DNA of 64,000 nt from Gammaproteobacteria bacterium. Its GTDB lineage: Bacteria; Pseudomonadota; Gammaproteobacteria; Ga0077536. The position numbers were made by a program, and so were the translations under genes. The stretch lies in the NCBI GenBank assembly GCA_963662545.2, contig CAXXLL010000003.1, positions 2,112,001 to 2,176,000 of the forward strand, in the 5' to 3' direction. Under the pieces are notes generated by a model. It had not been told where the DNA came from and did not search any database. It saw only the letters and a program-made list of their open reading frames with translations. This document shows, piece after piece, positions 21,597 through 33,148 of the stretch. Position 1 is the stretch's first letter; each line of letters opens with the position of its first letter.

Positions 21597-21748
21597 CAGG
21601 TTCCCTCAATTGTAGTTGATAAAAGTCGCCATGCGACGCTACCGTTCTCATGCGAATAGAAGCGAGCGGTTCCTCAAAACCGCCAATGCACCCCGACCTC
21701 GATGGCCTTGCGCTCGAAGTAGTAGTCGTACGGGTTAAGCGCCCAGGG

Positions 21749-24220
21749 TGTTGATTTGCACTGAAAACTGACCCACCTGAGGCCGATATTTGCATCGAAA
21801 TTTGACCCACGACTAGACACTGACCTGCCCGATATCCGGGCAGGAGACAAAGGAGTGATCGACGTGGCGTTATTGAGTGTGATCCGAAGGTGGCGGTGAC
21901 GGGACGGACTCCCGATCCGCGAGATCTGCAGACGAAGCGGATTGTCGCGGAACACCATCCGTAAATATCTGAAGAACAAAGTCGTTGAGCCGAAGTAGGC
22001 AACGCCGAAACGAGCCAGCAAGCTTGATGCGTTTGAGAACAAGCTCGGACGTTGGCTGGAGACAGAGCCCGGTAAAGGCCGCAAGCAGCGCCGTAATCTG
22101 CGGCAGATGTACGGTGACCTGGTCGCATTGGGTTACCGGGGCTCCTACGATCGGGTAGCTGCTTTTGCGCGAGACTGGCGTCGCCGGCAACGGGAAGTGG
22201 CCCGGATTGCTGGCGGTGGTACGTTCGTAGCGTTGGTATTTGCGCCGGGCGAGGCGTTCCAATTCGACTGGAGCGAGGATTGGGCTGTGATCGGCGGCGA
22301 GCGTATGAAGCTCAAGGTCGCGCACTTCAAGTTGGCCCATAGTCGGGCGTTTGTCCTGCGCGCCTACCGACAGGAAACCCACGAGATGTTGTTCGATGCG
22401 CACAATCATGCGCTGCCGGTCTTGGGCGGAGTACCGGCCCGGGGCTTGTACGACAACATGAAGACTGCGGTCGATAAGATTGGCCGCGGCAAAGCGCGAA
22501 CGGTCAACGCGCGCTTCATCGCCATGGCCAGTCATTACCTGTTCGAGCCGACGTTCTGCAATCCGGCGTCGGGCTGGGAGAAGGGCCAGGTCGAGAAGAA
22601 CGTACAGGATGCACGGCGTCGGGTGTGGCAGGACGTGCCGGCGTTTGCGCGTCTGGCGGCGCTGAATGACTGGCTAGAACAACGTTGTGTGGCGCTGTGG
22701 CACGCGATAAAACACCCCGAGCAGAAAGATCGCACGAGAGCCGAGGTGTGGGCTGACGAGCAGCCCCACTTGATGCTGCTGCCGCCACCCTTCGACGGCT
22801 TTGTCGAACACACCAAGCGCGTTTCACCGACCTGCCTGCTTGCGTTCGAGCGTGACCGCTACAGCGTCCCGTCGCCGTTCGCTAATCGGCCGGTCACTCT
22901 GCGTGTTTACGCTGATCGGCTGATCGTGGTGGCTGAAGGCGAGGTCATCGCCGAGCATGCGCGGTTGATGGCGCAGAGCCACGACCGCCCAGGCCGCACG
23001 GTGTACGACTGGCGGCATTATCTCGCCATCGTACAGCGCAAGCCCGGTGCCCTACGCAACGGTGCACCGTTTGCCGAGTTGCCGGAAGCCTTCAAACGCC
23101 GGCAGTCGATTGTGGTTAAGCGGCCCGGTGGTGATCGCGAGATGGCCGAGGTCCTGGCTTTGGTATTGCATCATGACGAGCAAGCGGTGTTGTGCGCGGT
23201 CGAACTTGCGCTCGACGCCGAGGGCGTCTCCAAGCAACACGTTCTGAACGTATTAGCGCGTCTGCTCGAGCCGGCATTACCTGCGCCAATCGATACCCCA
23301 GGGCACCTGGCGTTAGAAGCTGAGCCAGTCGCCAACGTTAGCCGTTACGACGGTTTACGGGAGGTGGACCATGCATCCTGAGGCGATGATTGCGACACTC
23401 AAATCGCTCAAGCTGTTCGGCATGGCACAAGCCATCGACGATCTTGCCCAACAAAGTTCACCGGCCTGGCAAGGTGCTGAGTCGGTCCTCGACAGCCTGC
23501 TCAAAGCCGAGGTGGCCGAGCGCGAGGTGCGCTCGATTAACGACCAAACCAAGGTTGCGCGCTTCCCCGTCCATCGTGACCTGGTTGGCTTTGAGTTCCA
23601 CGAGAGCACGGTCAACGAGGCCCTGGTGAGGTCGCTGCATCGCGGCGACTTCATTGATGATGCGCACAACGTCGTGCTAATCGGCGGACCGGGAACGGGT
23701 AAAACCCATCTCGCTACAGCCATCGGCTGACAGGCGATTGTGCACCAACATCGACGCGTTCGCTGCTTCTCGACTATCGAGCTGGTTAACGTACTGGAGC
23801 AGGAGAAAGCCCGTGGCAAGCCGGGACAAATGGCTCATCGGCTGGTCCACACCGATCTGGTTGTGCTCGACGAACTCGGCTCTCTACCGTTCAGCCAGGC
23901 CGGTGGTGCGCTGCTGTTCCACTTATTGAGTAAGCTCTATGAGCGCACCAGCATCCTAATCACGACCAACCTGAGCTTCGCCGAGTGGGCCAATGTGTTC
24001 GGTGATCCCAAGATGACGACGGCGTTACTCGACCGGCTGACTCATCACTGCCACATCGTTGAAACCGGCAACGATAGCTACCGCTTCAAACACAGCTCGA
24101 CGAAGAAAACCAAGGAGACAAAAACTAGAAAATCCAAGAACACTTGAGCCATACTCTGGCTCTTCCAGGTGGGTCACTTTTAAATGCAAAACCTGGGTCA
24201 GTTTTAGGTGCAACTCAACA
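21749..24220 (+). mobile_element. IS21-family element, degenerate (stops in istA; TGA at 23728 in istB); no target duplication
   Basis: TGTTGA...TCAACA ends with internal repeats; FQFDW, YDNMKT, EKGQVE; [19 protein letters not shown]. Confidence 0.93.
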
Positions 24221-24391
24221 CCGTGGTCTCCCGTCGCTTTTTATACCCTCCGCCTTTACCCGATAATCAGCACGCGATACGGCGGAGACGGCTATCAAAT
24301 CGTTTAGCGGTAATTCAAGCGCGCACGCCAATGCGCGGTCGCTACGGATAGGTTTGTGCCTATAACAAGGTTGAATTTCGGAGGGTGTCAT
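24221..24391 (-). pseudogene. Retron-type reverse transcriptase N-terminus (57 aa), truncated by IS21
   Basis: MTPSEIQPCYRHKPIRSDRALACALELPLNDL...DYRVKAEGIKSDGRPR; YR..KxDGxxR resembles a retron RT N-terminus; overlaps the HTH gene end; not in the ORF track. Confidence 0.7.
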
Positions 24392-24665
24392 CTTCTAGAA
24401 AGGTGAGACTCGATAAGGCTAGGCGTTGGGCCAAATCTTCATCAATGCCCGATAGCTCGCCCTTATCCACCGCCAGAAATATCAGAATGCTAAATGGCAT
24501 ATTCAGCGCGTGGGCGATCTTCTCAACCGTACTTAAGGTCGGGTCGCGCTTGTTCTTTTCCAATAGAGACACGTACGACACGGAAAAACCCGCGCGGTTG
24601 GCGAGGGCAGCTTGCGTCATCCGACGCTGACTGCGGCAAAGTTTAAGTGCGCGTCCTATATCCAT
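24360..24665 (-). CDS. XRE/Cro-C1 HTH protein (retron type VI-like)
   Basis: IGRALKLCR..R.MTQ..LA..AG.SVSYVSLLE..KRDP.LST. Confidence 0.9.
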   Translation of the reverse strand: MDIGRALKLCRSQRRMTQAALANRAGFSVSYVSLLEKNKRDPTLSTVEKIAHALNMPFSILIFLAVDKGELSGIDEDLAQRLALSSLTFLEDDTLRNSTLL

Positions 24666-24704
24666 GCGAAAACCAAAGATTAGAGATTTAAAGGGTCTGT
24701 GACA

Positions 24705-24953
24705 TCATTTGAAAAAGCGGTCTACCAGGTTTGCAATATTCGTCACGGCCGGAAGCAGACGACCGAGGACATCCAAGGCCCGTTGCTTCTGTTTTGGACT
24801 GAGTTGCGAACTCTGTGTTCCTGTTTTTTCCTTGCGCTTGAGCTCGTCTATGACGCTATCAAGCTCATCCATCATGTCGCGTTCTATCTTGCCATTTACG
24901 TGTGCCCGAAATTCTTCGAGCACCTCGAGCGTGTTTTTAACGTACTTCGTCAT
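24705..24953 (-). CDS. Small helical protein (candidate type VI retron small-protein effector)
   Basis: 82 aa, AAGGGA RBS, amphipathic C-terminus, directly upstream of HTH-RT. Confidence 0.7.
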   Translation of the reverse strand: MTKYVKNTLEVLEEFRAHVNGKIERDMMDELDSVIDELKRKEKTGTQSSQLSPKQKQRALDVLGRLLPAVTNIANLVDRFFK

Positions 24954-25343
24954 TTACACGTCCCTTTGGTAGCGACGCAAAATTGCGCCTGCCCTGTCGC
25001 AAATCTGGTGTCGATACGGAAGCAAGAAAGAACTGCAGACCCAAAAATCCCGGGCTGAACCTGCCCCTATCTATCACCTGGTTGCCAAGTACTTAGCCAG
25101 GTGCAAGAGGAGCTATTAGCCGCAAAGGAGCAATTACCAACTCAACTCGCTCAGTTACCCATCGCCGGATATCGGCTATCCGGGTTGCAGGTGCCGAAGA
25201 GCTTGCCCGATAATCAGGCCGTCTTTGCCAAGGACACTCTACCGCCCGGTCCGGCTTTCGGGTCTAACCCCCGTAAGCCTTGGCCGGGGGCCTCACAGAG
25301 CGCCCGTTACTGAAGTTGGTCGGTTGGCGGTCCAACCAGCCCG
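24954..25343 (-). ncRNA. Candidate retron msr-msd-like structured RNA
   Basis: Nested complementarity 25336-25343/25051-25058 and 25314-25320/25136-25142, several internal hairpins, TATAAC just upstream. Confidence 0.55.
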
Positions 25344-25519
25344 TTATACCGAGTGGGTTGCACCGATGCGCGTTTATGCAGGGATGAAGAGACAGCGTGA
25401 AGCTAACGGACGACAATCAAGCGAACCTCGATGCGATTATCGAAGTGTTAGCGCTTCGGGTGCCAAAGGACAAGATCGATTCCGCGTTCGCGTTACGCTC
25501 GATTGGACGGCGGCTTGTT

Positions 25520-25755
25520 TCAAGAGCGGCACGCTGACAATGTCGCGCGCGCGTTACGCGACGCTGGCGAATGCGAAAGCCGTGTCGTGCGCCGTCGAAG
25601 CGCTGCGCGCGTTAGGTCACATTGTCGAAGTGGGCGAACTGAACGGCAAGGCCGTGCTAACCGTCGATGGTGAGGCGCTTGTGTTGGATAGCGGCTTGAT
25701 CGATGAGCAACTACGCCGCGCGGCGGCACAATGCGAAGATGCGCGCGTTCACTAG
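25520..25755 (+). CDS. Small hypothetical protein (start uncertain)
   Basis: 3' part of ORF 25225-25755 looks protein-like. Confidence 0.35.
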
Positions 25756-25785
25756 GCACGCTACGCGGCTGTTCAAATATCTGCT

Positions 25786-26238
25786 TTAGCTATCGCGCTG
25801 TTGTTCCAGATCGAGATACTTGAAAACGCCGTAGCCGGCGCGGCGGTTGTCGTTCACATACCGAATCGGCACGAGTTGAAGACCCTCCCATTGCGCATAT
25901 TCGGCAAACTCGCGGGTCCCTGTCAGAAAAAGCCCAACGGACACGCGCTGACCTGTCGTTGTCTCGAATCGGCAGTCATACCCGGCTGTGAATCGAGAGT
26001 CTGCGGGCGAGAACACGTTGGATAACCACTTGATAACGTTCGAGCGTTTCTCCGTGCGCGCGGAGCGCTCGCGGTAGTCGAGCGCGTTGGCTTCGGCGTA
26101 TGCCTTCGCGAACGCTTCGCAATAGCTGGTAACGGATACGTTGTCCCGTTGCGCGACGGCGACGACCGCAACCGCGATGAGGCCGAGGGCGCATAGCCGT
26201 CGTGCCCTACTGCCACCGCGCATATTAGACGTGCTCAA
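25786..26238 (-). CDS. Secreted hypothetical protein
   Basis: Signal peptide; starts 1 nt after the upstream stop. Confidence 0.6.
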   Translation of the reverse strand: MSTSNMRGGSRARRLCALGLIAVAVVAVAQRDNVSVTSYCEAFAKAYAEANALDYRERSARTEKRSNVIKWLSNVFSPADSRFTAGYDCRFETTTGQRVSVGLFLTGTREFAEYAQWEGLQLVPIRYVNDNRRAGYGVFKYLDLEQQRDS

Positions 26239-26239
26239 T

Positions 26240-26752
26240 CTAATCCGCGAGATAGCGCCTGCACGCTAAGTCAAACTCGTGTCCGTCCTCTTTCCGGCGC
26301 GGATAGTTGCGATAGTCCTGCCACAGCCCGGCTTCTCGCGCTATGCCCCTTTCCTCGCCGTAGTGATACCGGAAACGGGTCTTTGCCCATGAACTAACAG
26401 GCCCGTAGACGTGCTCCAGGTCCCGGCAGCCAGCATCACAGAGATCCGACACATTCAGAAGTGTTTGAACAGATGAGCAGCTAAGATATTTGACAGCCTC
26501 GTCCAATTCATCGAATGATGGATCGCGAGTTAAATCAATTCCGCTTCTGGCCGCGCGACCAAGAAGATCGACGAGCTGCCCTACTGTAGAGGCATAGACC
26601 GCGTTGGCCCCATTGGTCAGGTTGACAACGTCGACTGTGCAGCGCGAGTAACACTCGCTGACCTTCTCGCGGCCGGCTTCGGCTTTGGTCAGATCGTGCG
26701 CGTGCGAAACGTACGCGATCGCGCAGAGCGCCATGATTGAAAAGTGTTTCAT
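26240..26752 (-). CDS. Secreted Cys-rich hypothetical protein
   Basis: MKHFSIMALCAIAYVSHA signal; CYSRC, CDAGC. Confidence 0.65.
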   Translation of the reverse strand: MKHFSIMALCAIAYVSHAHDLTKAEAGREKVSECYSRCTVDVVNLTNGANAVYASTVGQLVDLLGRAARSGIDLTRDPSFDELDEAVKYLSCSSVQTLLNVSDLCDAGCRDLEHVYGPVSSWAKTRFRYHYGEERGIAREAGLWQDYRNYPRRKEDGHEFDLACRRYLAD

Positions 26753-26781
26753 GTCGGGTGTCCTGTAATAAGCCAATAGAG

Positions 26782-27586
26782 GGCATTGTCAGAGTAAATG
26801 GGCTTGAGCTGAAAAGTAAGGCCTCGTAGCCTCCGGTGATGCACAATCCTTTCCGTTATTTCAACAGTTCGCCCGAAGTGATCCGCTTCGCGGTGATGTT
26901 GTATGTCCGATACCCTTTGTCGCTGAGACAGGTCGAAGATCTCCTGTTCGAGCGCGGCATCGAGATCTGCCATGAGACCGTGCGGTATGGGTGGAACCGC
27001 TTTGGTCCGCTGTTTGCCGCGGAGATCCGGACACGCCGTGTTCATCATGGATCCTATTCGAACTGGCGCTGGCACCTTGATGAAGTGTTTGTCCGCATCA
27101 ACGGCAAGACACATTACCTATGGCGTGCCGTTGACCATGAAGGCGAAGTCCTTGAGGGTTTTGTGACGAAACGGCGGGACCGCAAGGCTGCGCTTGAGTT
27201 CCTGAAGGGCACGATGAAGCGTTATGGCCGGCCGGCTTCGATGGTCACGGATAGGCTACCGTCATATCGTGCTGCGATGAAGGTGATCGGCAACGAAGGT
27301 TGCCAAGAGACCGGGCGTTGGCTGAACAACCGGGCAGAAAACTCACATCAGCCCTTTCGAAGGCGGGAAGGGGCAATGGCGCGGTTCAGAGACATCAAGA
27401 CCCTACAGAAATTCGCCGCCGTCCATGCCTCGATCTATAACCATTTCAACCACCAACGCCACCTCAACCGCCGCGCTATTTTCAAACAAGCCCGAGCCGC
27501 TGCCCTGGCTGAGTGGTGTCAACTTGCAGCCTAAAAGGCCTCGATTGCAGGTTCTACCGGTCCGACCCAGTTAGTCTGACAATGCC
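26782..27586 (+). mobile_element. IS6-family element; transposase 26836-27534
   Basis: GGCATTGTCAGA inverted repeats; WHLDEVFV, YLWRAVD, LNNRAENSH. Confidence 0.95.
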
Positions 27587-27722
27587 CCAGCGACGTACTA
27601 GAGGCGGACCAAGCCCCGCCAGCGGACGCCCTCGAGCTGCTCCCGGAGCGCCCGCGGAGAACCTCGATTCGCCCCCACCAGACCTGACGCGCTCGCCAGC
27701 CAGGTCCAGACCACACTTCCTT

Positions 27723-28523
27723 CTAGTTTATCGTCCTGGTCGCAATGCCTTCCAGGCAGGCCCTCCACCGAATGGTCGGCCAATCATTGCTCTGAACCGC
27801 AAGGTTCCGGTCGATGTAGAACAGGAACAGATCCCGCACACGTCCGGGCCTGGTGATCCTGTCGCATTCGGCCATCGCCTCATCCGAAACCGCCGCCTCG
27901 TCAGCGTACTCGCTCCACAAGGATGTGTTTTGCAACATGTCCGACACCAGCAGGAACGAATCGATGTCCTCATTTCGCTCAACGAGCGAGGCCATCGTCT
28001 CGACGATCGGCGACACGTCCGCTTCTTCCCGGTCCCGCAGTTCATCGAGTATGCGTCTGAGCCGGTTCAGGAATGTCGCAAACTCGATTTCGACGACTCG
28101 GGGATTCTCGTAGAGCAGATCAGCCATCCTCCCCTGCTTGGGTATGCACCACGAGCGGCCGGATTGGCTCGGGGCCTCGTGTTCCGATTCGGGCAGTCCA
28201 TGGATGGACAGTTTCTGCAGGAATGGCGCCCGCAGCGTGTCCCTGGTCCATTCCTCGATTCTCTCGAAGGCCTTCGCTCCGTCCTCCTCCGATATCTCGT
28301 TGGAGGTGTCAACGAGGATTACCGTGTGACCGGGTATCCGTATTCCTTCCCGCACTTGCGCTCTTGTACCCGTCGGACAATACCCGTTGGCCTCACGCAC
28401 CCGAAGTTGGTCGGCGTAGTTCAATCTGTATCCGACGAAGACCACCACCACACCGAGCAACACGATAACCGAGACGAGTCCTATTACCTTGAAGAGGTGG
28501 GGCGACTCGCTGCCGGAGCTCAT
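27723..28523 (-). CDS. Membrane-anchored VWA-like protein
   Basis: N-terminal TM; VILVDTS, SPIVE, LLVSDMLQN (MIDAS-like). Confidence 0.7.
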   Translation of the reverse strand: MSSGSESPHLFKVIGLVSVIVLLGVVVVFVGYRLNYADQLRVREANGYCPTGTRAQVREGIRIPGHTVILVDTSNEISEEDGAKAFERIEEWTRDTLRAPFLQKLSIHGLPESEHEAPSQSGRSWCIPKQGRMADLLYENPRVVEIEFATFLNRLRRILDELRDREEADVSPIVETMASLVERNEDIDSFLLVSDMLQNTSLWSEYADEAAVSDEAMAECDRITRPGRVRDLFLFYIDRNLAVQSNDWPTIRWRACLEGIATRTIN

Positions 28524-28528
28524 CGGTG

Positions 28529-29902
28529 TCAGGGTTTCCTGTCCCGGTTGGTCGGCTCGAGGACGACGGTTTCATATCGCTTCCACAAATCGGCCACCTT
28601 TGCGCACTCCTGTTCAACGCTGTCGAAGAATTCCTCCTGCCCCGAATCCCGCCACTCGGTCACAATTGCATCCGCCTCGTCCAGGATGTGCCAATCCGCA
28701 GGTGTAGCCGGAAACGACCAGTCGATATTGACGCTTTCCCTGTGCACGTTCAGCATCCCCCGGTCAATCTTATCGGCGTTGTGTTTGTTGTGTGCGGCAA
28801 TGAAATCGGCTTCTACGAGATCCAGATACACCCTTTGCTCCCAGCTTTCCCTGACGTCCTCCAGAACGTTCCATGCACCTCGCCGCTTTCTGTCGAGTTC
28901 CTCAATCCATCCCGCAACATCGGCCCTGACACCCTTCGTGAGTTGCGTCCGGTAGCGCCCCGACAAAGTTGTGTAGCTCTCCTTGATATCCTTCCATTCG
29001 CGGTCCAGGCGCCTTTCCGCCTCTTCGCGCTTGATCCCCGTTCGCACGAAGGTGAATCCCTTGTAGAAACCCACGGCACAGAGCGCCAAGCCCAGCACGA
29101 AGAAGAGTAGAGACTCCAGTTCCCACGTCGCCGGATTGAACGAGATGCCCGCTACGAGCTCCCGCACCGATGCCAGGTCGATTTCGGTTGCCTGCAGCGT
29201 TTGCCGTTCTCTTTCCTCGATCAGCCTCGCGAAATTCTCCCGGTGACGTCCCACGATGAGGTTCAGACCCGTAGCGAACACCAGCAGCAAACCACACGCC
29301 GATAGAAAAGGCACGCGTGATTTCGAGTGGCGCCGCACCGCCGACAGCGTCAATCCACCTCCTGCGCCGAGGGCGCCCACGTTGATGGCGGACACGAGCA
29401 CTGCCGTGATGAAAGCACCAACCAGGCCGGTCGACAGGGCGCGGGTCAGGAGGGTTACATTTGCCAGGGCCTCGACAACGATGCAGACCACGAGCAACGC
29501 AATGAGCTTCAACCACTGGTACGCCGTTGGGGGATCGATATCGCTCGCCGGAGGCAACTCTGTCCGAGCTTTCCGATGCTGCGAGCGGCGGTGCTGGAGG
29601 GCCTTGAGTTCCTCTTCGGCGTCGATTGTTACCTGTCGAGACCCCTTGGTTCGTTTGAAATCCCAGCCGTTCAGCGGTTGGCCGATTTCCTTGGCGACGG
29701 TACCGAGGGTGCGGTTGACCAGGTCGCGATAGGCCAGCGCCAAAGAAGTGAGGAGCTTGTGGTGGGCCGGCTTCCAGTCTCCATCGGCGTGGATGGCGAT
29801 CTCGGCCGGATCGAGGCCCAGAGACCGGGGATCGGTCGGCCAGGAGGCCGGCGGGGTCAGGCCCGATCCGGCGGCTTCAGGCGACCCGTTCGTTGGTTCC
29901 AA
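28529..29902 (-). CDS. Four-TM coiled-coil hypothetical protein
   Basis: AGGAGG RBS; about 4 TM helices between charged helical regions; 5 nt from the next gene. Confidence 0.75.
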   Translation of the reverse strand: MEPTNGSPEAAGSGLTPPASWPTDPRSLGLDPAEIAIHADGDWKPAHHKLLTSLALAYRDLVNRTLGTVAKEIGQPLNGWDFKRTKGSRQVTIDAEEELKALQHRRSQHRKARTELPPASDIDPPTAYQWLKLIALLVVCIVVEALANVTLLTRALSTGLVGAFITAVLVSAINVGALGAGGGLTLSAVRRHSKSRVPFLSACGLLLVFATGLNLIVGRHRENFARLIEERERQTLQATEIDLASVRELVAGISFNPATWELESLLFFVLGLALCAVGFYKGFTFVRTGIKREEAERRLDREWKDIKESYTTLSGRYRTQLTKGVRADVAGWIEELDRKRRGAWNVLEDVRESWEQRVYLDLVEADFIAAHNKHNADKIDRGMLNVHRESVNIDWSFPATPADWHILDEADAIVTEWRDSGQEEFFDSVEQECAKVADLWKRYETVVLEPTNRDRKP

Positions 29903-30297
29903 AGCCCTTTGGCCTCCTGTCCTCAGTCATCGGGTATCCCGTCCTCGGCGTTGAGCCTGGCAGTGACATGGCGAATTCGGAGTGTAGTCCTACGGCCTCA
30001 GCTCACGCAACCGCATCCCGGCCCGCCAGATCTCCTGGTCGGCCATCTCGCCGAGTTCCGCTTCGAGGCGCTCCCGGTAGACGGCCCGGCCGCACTCCTC
30101 AATGACGTATATGGAATCCTCTTCATTTTGCAAGCAACCTGACTGAGGGCATAGCATGTTGTGTTGTCGGTGCCGGCGCGCGATGCGGTATCGTGGGCGG
30201 CATGCATCGGGGCAAGGTCGCGTGATGAAGGGGGCATTCACGGCGAAAGGATTGACGAACCCGGCACAGTTCAAGCGTCGGCATTCTTAGCCGATGC

Positions 30298-33148
30298 TAA
30301 ATAGGTGTTCCAAAAACTCGATCAAATAAAAAGAACTCAGGTGACATTCAGAGATCAGAGGTTGTATCGAGCAATCTACGTTCCCGAAAGAGGTCACCTG
30401 AGTATGGATAGTTTAGTGTCATTGACGCGCTCACAGAAACGTCGCTTTAAGCGGTTGATTCAACGCAGCGATAACGGGCGGGTGGTTCGCCGCGCTCAAG
30501 TCCTGTTGCAGTTAGCTTCAGGCGTCTCACCGACGGCCGTGTCACGCAGTTTGTCGGTCGCGCGTTCAACGGTTTATCGATGGGTCACGCAATTCCAGAC
30601 CGCGGGTGAAGCCTTTCTCGAGGCGTGCGGCTCGGGCCGGCGGGCGTATACGGTGGATGACACCCTGTTGGAGACGCTCGCCGAGTTAGTTGAGCAGCCG
30701 CCCAGTGATTATGGCTACCTGCGCAGTACGTGGACGAGCGAGATGCTGGCCGAGACGCTGAATTCGTTGCTGTCACGGCCCATTCACGCCTCTACGGTAC
30801 GTCGCTGGCTAGTTAGTGTCCGTCCATAAACAGGCATTTTCTTCGATGGGCACGGAGAAATCGAGGTGTTGAAAGTAGGTTGTTGGAGCGGTAGCGGCGG
30901 TTCGGTGGGGGTCGAAGGGCTCTTCGAGCGTAATTGTGAGTACGTTCGCCGGCCGCAGAGCGCTGCAACCCAAAGTCGCCCGTTCGACGATATCGAGGAG
31001 GTCAGTTAGTGCGAGTGAACGTCGCTATTCGAGTTGATAGCGCGCGAGCAGGCTGAGGTTGTAGGCGACCACAGAAGACCACACGTAGGCTTCGAAGTGC
31101 GGCAGGCTCTTCCAGGTGCAACGTGCCAATCCGTATGCACGCTTCAGGCAGGAGATACCGGCCTCGATGCCGGCGCGGAAGTTGCGCAAGCGTCGATAGA
31201 CCCACTGACTCTTGACCATGTCGGCGATCGCGAGCCCGCGCTTCTTGTGGAAGGCAACGTCTTCGATGCCTTCTGCTTTCGCCGCCCGGAGATTGTCGAG
31301 GCTCGCATAGCCGCCATCGGCGGCGACCTGTCGTGGCATCGTCCCGTAGTGTGTTCGATGCCGTTCGAGCATCGGCATGAAGCGCTGACTATCGACCGGA
31401 TTGCCTCGCTCGATGACCACGTCGAGGATGAGGCCACTGCGCCCCGAAGCCAGATTGATTTTGTGTCCGTACTGAACGTCGCGCGCACCCTTTATGATGA
31501 TGTCGGTATGCGGCTCGAACAAGCTCACGCACTTCTCGCTCGCGGGGACCTTCTCACCGCCGAACACCCGCCGCTCAGTTTGCGAAATCACCTGCAGAAC
31601 AAGTGTTTCGTAGTGCGCTACCTGCGCTAGCCAGTCCGGCAGTTCAACGCCGGTGACGCCCGGGCTCAGCAGCTGCTCACGTACCCTCGCTACCGCTTCC
31701 AAGGTTGAACGCGTCGCCCCAATCAAATCGCGATACAGACGTTGGCGTTGCTTCGCACCACGCGCATACCACAGCGCCCGCGCACGCTTCTTCGCCAATC
31801 GAGTGTGGTTCACGAAGCACAACTCCGGCGCGCCAGGCAACTCGCGCGCCTGTGCGAGCAGACGAACCACAACACGCACGCCATCCCACAGCAGATGACT
31901 GTCGCTCGGCGCGTGGATGGCACTGTCCGTTACCGTGCTATCAATCCGTACACGCTGTGCCGGCTCAATGCGCGTCTCTTTCGCCGTCGCCAGCAGGGCG
32001 CGATGAATAGACTCCCACGTCGATACCTGGATCGCCGAGACCACCCGCTGTAAGGCAGACTTCTTCGGACGTTCATTACCCGGCAACCGGGCGAAGGCCT
32101 GAAAGCTCGCCGAGTCCTGCAGGTGAAAGGCCAGCTCCTCGTAACTCAATTGCCGGTGCTGCTTGAGCACCGCGCAGCGCAGCACCGACTCCGCCGACAG
32201 TCCGCGTCGACCGGTGGGCTTCAAACCCCGCCGACACAGATCGTTCATGACCGGCGTGAGGACCTTGGGGTGAGCATCGAGCCACTCGGACATGCCCTGC
32301 AGCTCTCGCCCCAGGTCATGGTCAGCAAACAGCTCGTATATACTCGCTTGGGCCGTGCGTTTCTGACGCATTCCCCCTCCTGTGGTGTCGATGATTGTGT
32401 GGAAAATCAGAGGTTTGAAGTTCCATTAGATCACGACCCACCGGAGGTTTCGATCCCTTAAGCGACAAATTTTCCTTTTTATTTCAACCGCATCGCGTTT
32501 AGGGATGCACACTAGTTAATTTGGGATTCGGCTGGCGTCGTGCTCGTCCGACCTTACATCTGCGCGACCCACGGGCAGCCACGCGCCTGAAAGCCATTCA
32601 TCGTGCGTTGTCTCGAGCCCCATCGGGCATGAAGTGTTTTACGCCGATGAGGTCGATATCGACCTCAATCCCAAAATCGGTTTCCTTTGGTCTACTCAAG
32701 GTTGTCAACGTGCCATCCCCACGCCTGGGCAAAACCGGAAACGCTATCTGGCGGGCGCGCTGCACGCACGAACCGGTCGCGTTGCGTATGTCGAGGGCAC
32801 ACGGAAAAACAGCGACCTATTCCTTTGCCTGCTCGACCACCTGCGGCAAACTTACCGCGCCGCGCGTCGAATTATCTTGATCGTGGATAACTACATCATC
32901 CACAAATGTCGCTTGGCACACGTCTGGCTAAAGCACAATCCGAAATTCCGATTGCTGTTCCAGCCGGCCTATCAGCCCTGGGTCAATGACATTGAGAAAC
33001 TCTGGAAACAGTTGCACGACAATGTCACCCGGAATCATCGTTACTCGACCATCGACCGTCTGATGGACGCAGTACGTGCCTTCATGCGTGCGGCAAGTCC
33101 ATTCCCGGGAAACTGCCCGAGTGTCGCAAGATTTGGATCACCTATTTA
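30298..33148 (+). mobile_element. IS630-family element (tnp 30404-33149), interrupted by ISNCY and frameshifted at ~32620
   Basis: TAAATAGGTG(T/A)TCCAAA inverted repeats at a CTAG/TA target; YADE, VDNY.IHK, IEKLWK. Confidence 0.9.
30816..32512 (-). mobile_element. ISNCY/IS5-like element; intact transposase 31025-32371; 6-bp TSD TAGTTA
   Basis: GTGTCCGTCCATAAAC / GTGTGCATCCCTAAAC ends; removal restores the IS630 frame RRWLVNLGFGWRR. Confidence 0.92.

Noticed and set aside
21600-21748. Continuation of the retron RT beyond IS21
   Set aside because: No RT-like sequence in the minus-strand frames examined; no TSD.
23728-23730. In-frame TGA in istB as a second selenocysteine
   Set aside because: The position is not a Cys in IstB, and istA of the same element also has stops, so this is decay.
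27513-28955. 480-aa plus-strand ORF
   Set aside because: Antisense shadow of two minus-strand genes; no motifs.
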